Below the pieces are notes generated by a model. The model did no database searches. It saw only the letters and a program-made list of their open reading frames with translations, and was not told the origin of the DNA. A stretch of DNA of 64,000 bases from Candidatus Melainabacteria bacterium 17Bon1m (GTDB lineage: Bacteria; Cyanobacteriota; Vampirovibrionia; Obscuribacterales; Obscuribacteraceae), in contig JAVLKG010000002.1 of the NCBI GenBank assembly GCA_032128875.1, positions 1,056,001-1,120,000 on the forward strand, written 5' to 3'. Of this stretch, positions 47,903 to 57,254 are shown piece after piece; position 1 is the first letter of the stretch; the number at the start of each line of letters is the position of its first letter. Both the position numbers and the translations under genes were made by a program.

Positions 47903-50900
47903 GTGCCTAGAGTGGCAAAATTGACTCCTAACAATCCGACCACTCCCTCGCTGCCATTGGCGGCAGCAACGGCTATCGACAATCAATTCATTACTGACCC
48001 AGCCGAAATACCGCCAGCTCTGCGTGAACTGTCGTTTCGTTATCCGCTTCGTCGTTATCAGCAAGAAATTCTCGAGCTGGTCAAAATCAAGATGGAACGT
48101 GGCGAAAGGGAGCTGCATATCGTCGCACCGCCCGGTGCTGGAAAAACTATCATCGGACTGCAGTTGATAAGCACCTTGAAGGTGCCTGCGGTTATCCTCG
48201 CACCCAATACTACGATTCAGTCGCAGTGGGGTCATAAGCTGGACCTTTTCATTCCGAATCATTTGACCGGTATGGTCAGCATGTCCGACATTTTAGGTAC
48301 TCATGAAGACAAACCACTGAAGCCCGTCACAGTGTTGACGTATCAAGTGTTGTCCACTCCGGGAAGGGAGCAGGAATATCTCGAAAAGTTGGCGCATCAA
48401 AATTGGTCGCAAGAGATCGCTAAGGGCCGTTCGATCTCCTCGGGCGAGGCTGAGCTGCGAATTTTAGACTTGTTGCAGAACAACCAGGCAGCATACAACA
48501 AAGAGATGTCCCGGCACGTAAGCAGGTTGCGGAAAAAACTTGCTGATGTGATGGACCTCAAAGACGTTTTGCACCCGAATGCTCTTGAACTGTTGCAGGC
48601 ATTGAGAAGACAAAAAACGCGCCTGATTCTTTTTGACGAGTGCCACCACCTCACCGATTACTGGGCGGCCATAATGAGCCTGCTTGTGAAACATTTGGAT
48701 GATCCGATTATTGTCGGTCTCACCGGTACTCCGCCCGAAGGCAAGTCCAAGCTGCAAGAAACCCGCTATCTTTCGCTTGTTGGCGAGATCGATTATCAGG
48801 TTCCTACTCCTGCTTTGGTGAAAGAAGGCGGTCTCGCGCCCTTTCAGGATCTGGTGATGTTCACGCAGCCAACTGAAAAAGAGTTTCTCTTCCTTGAATC
48901 TCAACATGTCGATTTCCACCGTTTAATCGCTGACCTTGCAGGCATCGAACAGCCTCCACCTCATCAGGAAAATCCATTTGGAAACGGCGATGATGGAGAC
49001 GATGAATACGCGGAGAATGAAGATGATTTGGCTGGGGAATTTTCAGCCCCCGCTCTCACTGCGGGACCGCGAGATTTAGAGAAACAGCCTGAACCGAAAC
49101 TGATCGATCCGGCGGCGATTCCAATAGTTGACGATCAATTTGAAGAAGATACCGCATTTGGTGTAATGTCCGGCGGCGATTTAGATTTTAGTCCTGGTCC
49201 CGATCTTGTCGAAATCGAAAGTTCTACTTTAGTTGAGGTTCCAACACCTTCGGAACTCCCTTCATCTTCGGAACTCCCCGCAGCTGCTGAGCTCCCTGCA
49301 ATTGCTGAACTCCCTGCAATTGCTGAACTCTCTGCAAATGCTGAACTTATTGCACCAGCGGGAGTACAAGAACCAACCGAACCGGTGACACCACCTCTGA
49401 CAGAGTGGGTTTTGAGTCGTTTGAATGAAACTGCCTATGATAAAGATACTGGTGCCTTTAGAAGTTTTGTTCAGCTGCGTCCTCAGTTTGCCTCTGCACT
49501 CTATAGATACTTGACTAAAACCGGTCGTCCTCTTCCCGGCAATATTCGGGCGACGGAGGAATTGCTCCAGTCTCCGACAATTGATGACTGGATGATGATC
49601 CTCGAAGATTTTGCTTCGCACAGATTGAAACTCAGTCAGAATAAGAAGGACCACGAACTCTACGATCAAGTACGCAGTTCGATGCGAAAGCTCGGTTATT
49701 CAATTACAGAACAAGGGCTGCGAAAAACCGCCTCGCCAATTGACAGGGTCTTAGCATTCAGCAAGAGCAAGACGCACGCTGTCTGCCGGATTTTGGACAC
49801 TGAATACGCCAGCCTGCAAGACCGTTTGCGCGCAGTAGTGGTGACTGATTTTGAACGGATGTCTGCAACTTCGGTGAAATCGCTGAAGGGTGTTCTTGAC
49901 GCGGAAGCGGGCGGAGCCGTCGCGACACTGCGGACCTTGCTTGCTGCACCAATTTCGGCCATGCTCAATCCTTGCCTTGTGACTGGGTCGCTCGTGCTTG
50001 TTGACCGGCGCATCAAAGATCAATTTGTCAAAGTTTTTGATGAGTTACTCAAGCGAGACGGCCTTGATGTTCAACTGATAGCTGATGATGATTCCAATGA
50101 GCCTTGGGTGGAAATCAGTGCGAACACTTCACAGTGGCAATCGCGTTTGTACGTTGCAGTCGCCACTGAGATATTCGAGCTTGGTATAACTAAGTGTCTA
50201 ATTGGCACACGTGGTTTGTTTGGCGAAGGTTGGGACAGTCAGTCGCTTAACACTCTGATCGACCTGACTACGACAACTTCGCCGGTTTCGGTTAAACAAT
50301 TGCGTGGACGCTCGATTCGTATTCATACAAAAGATCCGTTAGGTGGGCGTAAAGTTGCGAATAACTGGGATGTTATTTGTATTGCTCCCTCTTTAGAGAA
50401 AGGTTTGAACGATTACCATCGATTTGTTCGCAAGCACGATGGATATTATGGAATCGCCGATGATGGGCAGATCGAATGTGGCGTCGGGCACGTCCATCCT
50501 TCTTTTTCAGAGCTCACTCCTGCTGAAGTTTTTGCTTCCGCGGTCGACCTGAACAACGAGATGTTGAAGCGCGCGTTAGTGAGAGATCAAATTTATGATC
50601 TCTGGAAAGTTGGTATGCCGTATCACAATCGCACCCTCGGTTGCGTTGAGTTGACGTCGCTGAGAAAGCTCAATCTTACGCCGGCATATCTGAAGCGCAA
50701 TGCTGGATACAAAGATCATGCCAAGGAAATGCGAGCAGCTTTGAGCGGCATTTATGTCGAACATGCGGCACTCGGAGCGCTGACCGCTGCTATCGTCGGT
50801 GGTGGCGCTGCTTTCTGGGGTGCCCCTGTCTTGCTTGCGGCTTTGCCATTTGCCGCGGCATTAGTACTTGCGTTCAAGCGACACAAACGCCTTTTTACAA

Positions 50901-51454
50901 ACTTCCAAGAGCAAGTTTGCGAGCCAGGCACAGTTGAAGCGTCCTTGGGCGATATGACATTCGCATTGCTGTCTGCACTTAAGCGAGTGCGCCAATTGCC
51001 TAAATACATTGATAAAGACAGCATCAAGATTTCGCAGCGTTCTGATGGCAGCTATCGGGTATTCCTTGATGATGTTGAAGCCAATCACTCCAAAATATTC
51101 ACCAGTGCTTTCAAAGAATTGATGTCTCCAGTTGTCGATCAACCGTACCTAATTCCCAAGTATGAGTTCGCTCTTCCATATGTCGATGGAGATAGACAGT
51201 CCAAAGACTCGCAAAAGCGCAAAAGACTGTTCTTCAAAAGCTATCTGAGAGGTTCGGCTCAACCGAGAATCGCAACATACCACGTTGTTCCAAAGTTGCT
51301 TGCACGTTCGCAAAAAGGGCGAGAAGCTTTTCAGGACGCCTGGAATAAATATGTCAGCCCGGGATACATCGTAGAGACAGAAACAAAACCGGAAGTTTTG
51401 CAGAAATACTTTGGAATGGGACCTAGCTTGGCCGAGCGTCTGTTATGGGAATGA
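47903..51454 (+). CDS. SF2 DExH helicase (ResIII-like) with an acidic insertion and a C-terminal hydrophobic hairpin
   Basis: LRRYQ, APPGAGKT, TYQ, DECHH, LTGTP, GEGWD, QLRGRSIR. Confidence 0.9.
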   Translation: MPRVAKLTPNNPTTPSLPLAAATAIDNQFITDPAEIPPALRELSFRYPLRRYQQEILELVKIKMERGERELHIVAPPGAGKTIIGLQLISTLKVPAVILAPNTTIQSQWGHKLDLFIPNHLTGMVSMSDILGTHEDKPLKPVTVLTYQVLSTPGREQEYLEKLAHQNWSQEIAKGRSISSGEAELRILDLLQNNQAAYNKEMSRHVSRLRKKLADVMDLKDVLHPNALELLQALRRQKTRLILFDECHHLTDYWAAIMSLLVKHLDDPIIVGLTGTPPEGKSKLQETRYLSLVGEIDYQVPTPALVKEGGLAPFQDLVMFTQPTEKEFLFLESQHVDFHRLIADLAGIEQPPPHQENPFGNGDDGDDEYAENEDDLAGEFSAPALTAGPRDLEKQPEPKLIDPAAIPIVDDQFEEDTAFGVMSGGDLDFSPGPDLVEIESSTLVEVPTPSELPSSSELPAAAELPAIAELPAIAELSANAELIAPAGVQEPTEPVTPPLTEWVLSRLNETAYDKDTGAFRSFVQLRPQFASALYRYLTKTGRPLPGNIRATEELLQSPTIDDWMMILEDFASHRLKLSQNKKDHELYDQVRSSMRKLGYSITEQGLRKTASPIDRVLAFSKSKTHAVCRILDTEYASLQDRLRAVVVTDFERMSATSVKSLKGVLDAEAGGAVATLRTLLAAPISAMLNPCLVTGSLVLVDRRIKDQFVKVFDELLKRDGLDVQLIADDDSNEPWVEISANTSQWQSRLYVAVATEIFELGITKCLIGTRGLFGEGWDSQSLNTLIDLTTTTSPVSVKQLRGRSIRIHTKDPLGGRKVANNWDVICIAPSLEKGLNDYHRFVRKHDGYYGIADDGQIECGVGHVHPSFSELTPAEVFASAVDLNNEMLKRALVRDQIYDLWKVGMPYHNRTLGCVELTSLRKLNLTPAYLKRNAGYKDHAKEMRAALSGIYVEHAALGALTAAIVGGGAAFWGAPVLLAALPFAAALVLAFKRHKRLFTNFQEQVCEPGTVEASLGDMTFALLSALKRVRQLPKYIDKDSIKISQRSDGSYRVFLDDVEANHSKIFTSAFKELMSPVVDQPYLIPKYEFALPYVDGDRQSKDSQKRKRLFFKSYLRGSAQPRIATYHVVPKLLARSQKGREAFQDAWNKYVSPGYIVETETKPEVLQKYFGMGPSLAERLLWE
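49248..49350 (+). repeat. In-frame 18-bp tandem repeat (about 6 units) inside the helicase
   Basis: Encodes SELPSS SELPAA AELPAI AELPAI AELSAN AELI. Confidence 0.85.
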
Positions 51455-52524
51455 AGTTAACACTTACTCTGTCTAAATTACTGGCAGTCGCAATTTTGGT
51501 GACGTCGTCTTTCTCCGCAAGTCAGGCTCAGGCAAAAGATTTTAAAGAGACATTTGCGTCCGCAAAAGAAAAAGGTGAGTATCTCTTTTCGAAAGGCGAT
51601 ATCGACGGAGCAGCTGCCGCATTTAAGTTGGCCAGCGAGTTGAAGCCATCGGCTTACGAAGTTCATTTGACTCTGGTCAATATTTATTTCAAGAAAAATC
51701 AGCTTGATCGCGCGATTGAGGAGTGCAAAAAGCTCATCGAGTTGAAGCCCAACAATCAGGATTCTCACGTGATGATGGCGAATTTGATGCGCTCTATTGG
51801 TGAGAATAAAAAGGCTATCGAAGAGTTTCAACTGGCAATGAAGCTTGGTGCTAAAGATCAGTCTATCTATTCTGCCCTTGGATTTTCCTATCTGCATGAA
51901 GGAGATCTTGCCAACGCAGAACTCTATTTGAAAAAATCTTCCGTCGAAAAGGAACATCCCGTTGACGCGTTTATCGGTTTGGCAATTGTTCATTACAAGA
52001 AAAAGGAATTTGCCAACGCGCTTTCCGACCTTGATCGCGTTCTTGCTGAGAAGCCGGAGTCTGCCGAAGCGCGAAAGTTGAGAGGTGAGGTGCTTCTAGA
52101 ACTCGGTCGCGTAGATGAGGGAGAGGAAGAACTGAAAAAAGCGATCGCAATAATGCCAAATCTTAGATCTGCCCATATGGCTTTAGCTAACGTTTATTTT
52201 CGCAAGAAAGATCTCGCACAAGCGGAGAAGGCACTGCGTAAAGTTCTCGACCTGAAAGAAGAAGATGCTGAGATGCATTATGCGTTGGGCGTGATTTTGG
52301 ATAGGCAGGGCCGCGCGATAGAAGCCGCAGGACAATTTGAATTGGGCGCGCAAACAGATCGCAATCCGGAATCGGCTGAAAAAATGCGTGCGCATGCCGA
52401 AGACTTGCGCCGTCAATCGATCGATATGACTACTAACAAGCAATACAAGTCGCTGCTAAATCTTGGCGGTGAGCCGACTCCGGAATCGGTTTTTGGTTTG
52501 CAATACGAAAGTTTAATCAAGTGA
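51445..52524 (+). CDS. Exported TPR-repeat protein
   Basis: Signal peptide (..AQA-K); many canonical TPR units. Confidence 0.9.
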   Translation: MGMKLTLTLSKLLAVAILVTSSFSASQAQAKDFKETFASAKEKGEYLFSKGDIDGAAAAFKLASELKPSAYEVHLTLVNIYFKKNQLDRAIEECKKLIELKPNNQDSHVMMANLMRSIGENKKAIEEFQLAMKLGAKDQSIYSALGFSYLHEGDLANAELYLKKSSVEKEHPVDAFIGLAIVHYKKKEFANALSDLDRVLAEKPESAEARKLRGEVLLELGRVDEGEEELKKAIAIMPNLRSAHMALANVYFRKKDLAQAEKALRKVLDLKEEDAEMHYALGVILDRQGRAIEAAGQFELGAQTDRNPESAEKMRAHAEDLRRQSIDMTTNKQYKSLLNLGGEPTPESVFGLQYESLIK

Positions 52525-52562
52525 AACTAAAAGTGTAAGAACAGGCAGATTAAGGGCAAGCT

Positions 52563-53135
52563 ATGAAGAGTTCAAAATTGGGAAGAAGCACATTCCGTAT
52601 TTACGTTGCTGGGATTGTATTTGCTCTCGTGGGGTGTCTGCCTGTTTTGCCTGCGTATAGCGCAGATGCACCTGAAAAGCAGCCTGAGCCACTGACCGTG
52701 AAATTCGCTTATTTCAATTTCGGAAAGATTCGTGCCGGAATTCCTGAAGTGGCCAATTCTGAAGCTATTCGAATAAATTCAGAAGCGCAGCTGAGAAAGG
52801 ATGTTGAGACCTGGAATTCTAAGCTGATCAAAATGCGCGAGGAGAAGAAACCAGCAGCGGAAATCGAGAAGACTAAGCAAGAGGCTCAAGCTGTTGTTCG
52901 TGCTAAGCAAGAAGCTTTAGCTCAACTCGTAGAGTCTGCAAATTTGTCTGTCCGCGTGAGGGTCGCTCAGGCTGCAGAAGCTGAAGCGCGTTCTAGAAAT
53001 ATCGATCTTGTAGTCGATGGTCAGGGGCTTTATGCCGGTGGTCAAAAGGTCTTCGATCATGGAGTCGACATTACTCAAGCAGTGCTGAAGAGACTTCTTG
53101 CAGAGAGTGATGATAAGCAAAAGCTACCTCGTTAG
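52563..53135 (+). CDS. skp: OmpH/Skp-family periplasmic chaperone
   Basis: Signal peptide; FAYFNFGKI, long helix, IDLVVD..GVDITQAVLKRL. Confidence 0.8.
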   Translation: MKSSKLGRSTFRIYVAGIVFALVGCLPVLPAYSADAPEKQPEPLTVKFAYFNFGKIRAGIPEVANSEAIRINSEAQLRKDVETWNSKLIKMREEKKPAAEIEKTKQEAQAVVRAKQEALAQLVESANLSVRVRVAQAAEAEARSRNIDLVVDGQGLYAGGQKVFDHGVDITQAVLKRLLAESDDKQKLPR

Positions 53136-53181
53136 GTGGTTTTAGCCTCTTTTGATACCTCAGTTGCAGCCACCAAATTGT

Positions 53182-53224
53182 TTTGATCATGTCTCTCGAC
53201 AGGATCAAACGTTGAGACTAAGAT
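53182..53224 (+). promoter_or_regulatory. Sigma70-type promoter overlapped by an inverted repeat
   Basis: TCGACA (53196-53201), 17 bp, TAAGAT (53219-53224). Inverted repeat TTTGATC-a-TGTC-tctc-GACA-g-GATCAAA at 53182-53209. Confidence 0.55.
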
Positions 53225-53258
53225 GAAAGCAGTTGAGTTGTACGAGGTCGAATTAGAT

Positions 53259-53390
53259 ATGGCCGACAATTGTGGAGACGATTGCAAACGTTGTGATGAC
53301 GAAAGCTGCGGCAATTGCGCAAAATGCGAATGCTGCTGCGAGTGCTGCGATTGTTCAAAAAATGAAGGTAAAAGCTGCTCCTGCGAATAG
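53259..53390 (+). CDS. Metallothionein-like Cys-rich peptide (43 aa, 14 Cys)
   Basis: MADNCGDDCKRCDDESCGNCAKCECCCECCDCSKNEGKSCSCE*; GAGGT RBS at 53244-53248; too short for the ORF track. Confidence 0.8.
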   Translation: MADNCGDDCKRCDDESCGNCAKCECCCECCDCSKNEGKSCSCE

Positions 53391-53492
53391 TCGCTAGAGC
53401 AGCTTTTGATAGTTTTGCGCTTTGGTTGCTGATAAATCGGCCGCCTTTGCGCTTTTGTGTTTAATTCGGCAGGCCTTATGGCTGCCCAATTA

Positions 53493-53717
53493 CTAGTCTT
53501 TGAGGTGGGATCTCAGAAGTACGCCTGAGAGCAATTCAAATGCTGCTTCATCGAAATTGTTGTCGCGCAATGCCTTCTCGAGGAAATCCTTCTCTTCTGC
53601 AGAGACGTGACCATCAGCCATGATGATTTCGCGGATGACCTTGGCTTCGTACTTGGAAATCTTGCCGTCATCTTCAAGTACTTGTTTCAGAGCTTCTTCC
53701 AAATTCAGTGCAGACAC
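53493..53717 (-). CDS. Small acidic protein with two DG-x-[IV]-S-xx-E motifs (TerB-like)
   Basis: GTG 53717 after AGGAG; 74 aa; DDGKISKYE and ADGHVSAEE. Confidence 0.7.
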   Translation of the reverse strand: MSALNLEEALKQVLEDDGKISKYEAKVIREIIMADGHVSAEEKDFLEKALRDNNFDEAAFELLSGVLLRSHLKD

Positions 53718-53787
53718 AATGCTCACTCCTATACCGTAGACCCATGAGTTGAGATTATACTTACATTTTTCATTCGGAGATAAACGA

Positions 53788-54129
53788 GTGTCAGAACCGA
53801 CAACAAAGGTTGAAATCACTCCCCAAGAGCTCAAGGCTAAACGCGACCAGGGCGAAAGCCTGATTGTGCTTGACATTCGTGAGCCCCACGAGCTCAAGAT
53901 CTCGGTCCTGCCCGATATTTTGCACATTCCGATGGCCGAGCTGACAGATAGAATCGAAGAGCTGGAAGCCAAAAAGGACAATGAGATTGTGGTTGTCTGC
54001 CGTGCTGGCAATCGCAGTAGCGTTATAGCCGAGTTTTTAAGAGAAAACGGGTTCGATCGAGTCTATAACCTGACCGGTGGGATGAACCTGTGGGCTGATA
54101 CGGTCGATTCTTCGTTCCAGAAATACTAA
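53788..54129 (+). CDS. Single-domain rhodanese/sulfurtransferase
   Basis: LDIREPHE, VVVCRAGNRS, NLTGGMNLW; GTG 53788 after GGAG. Confidence 0.92.
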   Translation: MSEPTTKVEITPQELKAKRDQGESLIVLDIREPHELKISVLPDILHIPMAELTDRIEELEAKKDNEIVVVCRAGNRSSVIAEFLRENGFDRVYNLTGGMNLWADTVDSSFQKY

Positions 54130-54340
54130 AAAACCGCTAAAAGATAGCTCCAGCTGGCGATTAAGCTTTTTTGCGAAACCTCAAGACCATGTGGGTGAAT
54201 TAAGAGGGGAGGTTTCGAATTTGCCGTCTGTCGTGGAATATCGGGTTCAGACAGACCAAGATCTCACCCTTATCTACCCTTGACATCTATTTAATAGAAG
54301 CCTATTCTGAGCGAATCACCTGTACGCCTTACTAAAAACT

Positions 54341-55219
54341 ATGAAAAAACGCCTCCTTGCGCTTCCCGCCTTACTCCTTACTACCTCAGTTTTAGTTTCT
54401 GCCTCTCCCGCCTTAGCCGATCCGCCAGCGGACCAGGGTTTGCCGCCAGGTGGTGAGCAGCAATTGCAGCCTATGCAGCCTGTCATGGCAACTCCTGCAA
54501 ATTACTATCCGCAAGGTGGGGCTCCGCAGGCTTATCCGCCACAAGGCGCTATGCAATCAGGCAATCCTCAGCAGTACGGCGCGCCGCAATATCAACAAAA
54601 TGCTGGATACCCGCAGCAAGGTTATCCTCAAGGCGCACCGTATCAAGCTGGTGTTTCCGAAGCTGTGCCGGGTCAGCAAATGGCGCCTGGGCAACAGATG
54701 GCTCCAGGGCAAATGCCCCCGCAGCAGCAGGGTTATCAGCAGCAACAAGCTTATCAACCACAGCAAGCTTATCAACCACAGCAAGGTTTTCAGCAACAAA
54801 GCCCTTATGAAATGCAAGAACAGGCAATTCAAAAGGGGCACATGCAAAATCGCAATGACCTCGACAAATACAATCCACCGCCAGACGTACCGAACGCCGC
54901 TCCGGATCCGAGTTATCGTGGAGAGGTTTCTAAAGGACCAGGCGTAAAAGGCGTAGTCGGCAAAGCCGCCAAGATTTTGGGGCGCACAACTCAAGCAGCT
55001 GCTCCCTACGCGGCTTCATTCCTTGTCACTACAGCTGCCTACAAAATGGCCAATCGCAACGGCTACAACCGCGGTTATAACAACGGTTATGGTGGCTATG
55101 GTTACGGAATGCCGATGGGTGGTTATGGAATGCCGATGGGCGGAATGCCGGGCATGGGAATGTATGGAATGCCTGGAATGGGAATGGGTATTCCCATGTA
55201 CGGAATGCCAAGCTTCTAA
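54341..55219 (+). CDS. Exported low-complexity Q/P/G/Y/M-rich protein
   Basis: Signal peptide (..ALA-D); YPQ, PGQQMA and QQAYQP repeats; G/M/P/Y tail. Confidence 0.75.
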   Translation: MKKRLLALPALLLTTSVLVSASPALADPPADQGLPPGGEQQLQPMQPVMATPANYYPQGGAPQAYPPQGAMQSGNPQQYGAPQYQQNAGYPQQGYPQGAPYQAGVSEAVPGQQMAPGQQMAPGQMPPQQQGYQQQQAYQPQQAYQPQQGFQQQSPYEMQEQAIQKGHMQNRNDLDKYNPPPDVPNAAPDPSYRGEVSKGPGVKGVVGKAAKILGRTTQAAAPYAASFLVTTAAYKMANRNGYNRGYNNGYGGYGYGMPMGGYGMPMGGMPGMGMYGMPGMGMGIPMYGMPSF

Positions 55220-55262
55220 CCGAACCTTGTGACATCAGCCGCTTTAGCCCGGTTGTGGCTAT

Positions 55263-55733
55263 GTGATACTTGTCTCCTCATTCATTGGAGACAAGGCAAT
55301 GTCTGTCATTCGCGATCAATACAAATGGAACATGCTCGAGGCAATAGGCGGGCAAATCACTGAGATTTCAGAAGGATTTGCGAGAGGGCATTTGCCGTTG
55401 AGCGAGCAAGTCATGCAGCCGACGGGTGTTTTTCATGCCGGCGCTATAACCGTACTCGCTGATGAGGTCGCTTCAGCAGCCATCTTCGGCACGCATGCTT
55501 CGGACCCAAAAGCGCAGGACAAGCTATTTCCCTATTCGGTTCAAATCAGTCTCAACCTTCTTTCGAATGACCCACACGGACCGTTGACTGCAGAATCAAA
55601 AGTTGTGCGACGTGGACGAATGACCGTCGTGGACACCGTTGTCGCAACATCCACTGGTGAAACTGCGGCTTTGATGCGCAGCACACACATGATGGTTGAT
55701 TTGAGCAAAAAAGGTCCTCACAAGAAGGGCTAG
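55263..55733 (+). CDS. PaaI-family thioesterase
   Basis: QPTGVFHAGAITVLADE hotdog motif. Start probably ATG 55299. Confidence 0.88.
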   Translation: MILVSSFIGDKAMSVIRDQYKWNMLEAIGGQITEISEGFARGHLPLSEQVMQPTGVFHAGAITVLADEVASAAIFGTHASDPKAQDKLFPYSVQISLNLLSNDPHGPLTAESKVVRRGRMTVVDTVVATSTGETAALMRSTHMMVDLSKKGPHKKG

Positions 55734-55817
55734 AGATTTATTTCAAAGCCGGGAGGAAATGGCTCCTCTGGGTATGTCCTAAATGGAAGAAGCTTTCTTT
55801 TTTATGGAGAGATAAAG

Positions 55818-57245
55818 GTGCCTGGCAGATCACATAAGTCGCAGCCTTCTGAAGAAGAATTGGCTCTCTTGCACGACAACACCGTGTCGCCGCGCGATGA
55901 TAGACGAATTCGCGGCAAGATGTTGCGTGACGTTGTGCCGCGCGAGTCTCATTGTGAATGGAAGGCACCCAAGGATCGCCCGGATCCGGTTGATATGCTC
56001 GAAGATTCGAATAAAGGACGTATCCAGCACTTGATTCCTATCCGTTATGGACGAATGCTTCAAACACCTTTCACTTTTTTCCGAGGAGCTGCTGCCCTCA
56101 TGGCGCGAGATCTCTCGAATACGCCAAACTCTAAAGTGAAAGTTCAGGCATGTGGCGACTGCCACCTTATGAATTTCGGTGCCTTCGCTACGCCCGAACG
56201 CAACGTGGTTTTTGATATCAACGACTTTGATGAAACACTCCCAGCGCCTTGGGAGTGGGACATAAAACGGCTTGCAGCCAGCTTTGTACTTGCATGTCGC
56301 GACAACGGACTGAAACCTAAGGCTGAGCTGAATGCGGCTGAAGCTGTGGCTCAAGGTTACAGAGAGAAGATGGCCTCCATGTCGAAGTTGAGTATTATGG
56401 ACATCTGGTATGAGCAGGTGCCATGGGAAAGTGTAATCGCCAACACAGGCGACGTCGACTTGCAAAAACGGAGAGCAGATCAGCTCAAGAAAGCAAAGAA
56501 GCGCACTATTCAGCTCTACTACTTTCCAAAACTCGTTGAAACTGGCGGCGAGTCTTACAAAATCAAAGACAATCCACCGCTGATTTTTCACCCCGATGTC
56601 GATGATACCAAGTTCTACAAAAGTATCGAAGAATCTCTCAAAAACTACCGCAGCACTTTGCAGTGGGACAAACAAAGGCTATTCGATCGGTACAAGCTAG
56701 TCGACTTTGCTATCAAAGTCGTTGGCATCGGCAGCGTGGGCACCACCTGCGGTATCTTACTATTCCTCGCACCTGATGACGAACCACTTCTGCTGCAAGC
56801 GAAAGAGGCACGTCCATCTGTTCTTGAAGCGTATGCTGGTAAGAGTGCGTTTGACAATAATGGCGAACGTGTTGTTGCCGGACAACGCATTGTCCAGTCT
56901 GCCAGTGATATATTCCTTGGTTGGACGAAATCAGAAGAAGGAAAAGACTTCTATATTCGTCAACTCCGAGATACAAAAGTAAAGCTCGAACCACAATTTT
57001 GGGACGCCAAGGAAATGGTCGACATCGCAAAATTACAGGGTGCCGTATTGGCACGGGCACATGCTCGGTCAGGCGACGCTGCTGTAATCAGTGGATATCT
57101 CGGCAATGGCGCGGAATTCGACAAAGCAATTGGTCAGTTTGCCATTGCCTATGCGGATCAAACTGAAAAGGATTTCGCTGCGCTATCGGCTGCAGTTGCT
57201 AGTGGACGTGTGAAGGCGGCTGCGATCGAGCCGGACAAAGACTGA
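55818..57245 (+). CDS. DUF2252-family protein
   Basis: PIRYGRM..PFTFFRG, CGDCHLMNFG, FDINDFDETL, KVVGIGSVG, LARAHARSGD. Confidence 0.92.
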   Translation: MPGRSHKSQPSEEELALLHDNTVSPRDDRRIRGKMLRDVVPRESHCEWKAPKDRPDPVDMLEDSNKGRIQHLIPIRYGRMLQTPFTFFRGAAALMARDLSNTPNSKVKVQACGDCHLMNFGAFATPERNVVFDINDFDETLPAPWEWDIKRLAASFVLACRDNGLKPKAELNAAEAVAQGYREKMASMSKLSIMDIWYEQVPWESVIANTGDVDLQKRRADQLKKAKKRTIQLYYFPKLVETGGESYKIKDNPPLIFHPDVDDTKFYKSIEESLKNYRSTLQWDKQRLFDRYKLVDFAIKVVGIGSVGTTCGILLFLAPDDEPLLLQAKEARPSVLEAYAGKSAFDNNGERVVAGQRIVQSASDIFLGWTKSEEGKDFYIRQLRDTKVKLEPQFWDAKEMVDIAKLQGAVLARAHARSGDAAVISGYLGNGAEFDKAIGQFAIAYADQTEKDFAALSAAVASGRVKAAAIEPDKD

Positions 57246-57254
57246 TCGTTTTCG

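Noticed and set aside
47903-51454. Type III restriction-modification system
   Set aside because: No adjacent methyltransferase and no recognisable nuclease motif.
52141-52148. Cyanobacterial HIP1 (GCGATCGC) enrichment
   Set aside because: I noticed only a couple of copies by eye, which does not indicate enrichment.
53718-54011. 5' extension of the ORF-track call 53493-54011
   Set aside because: It is antisense to the rhodanese gene; the RBS supports a start at 53717.
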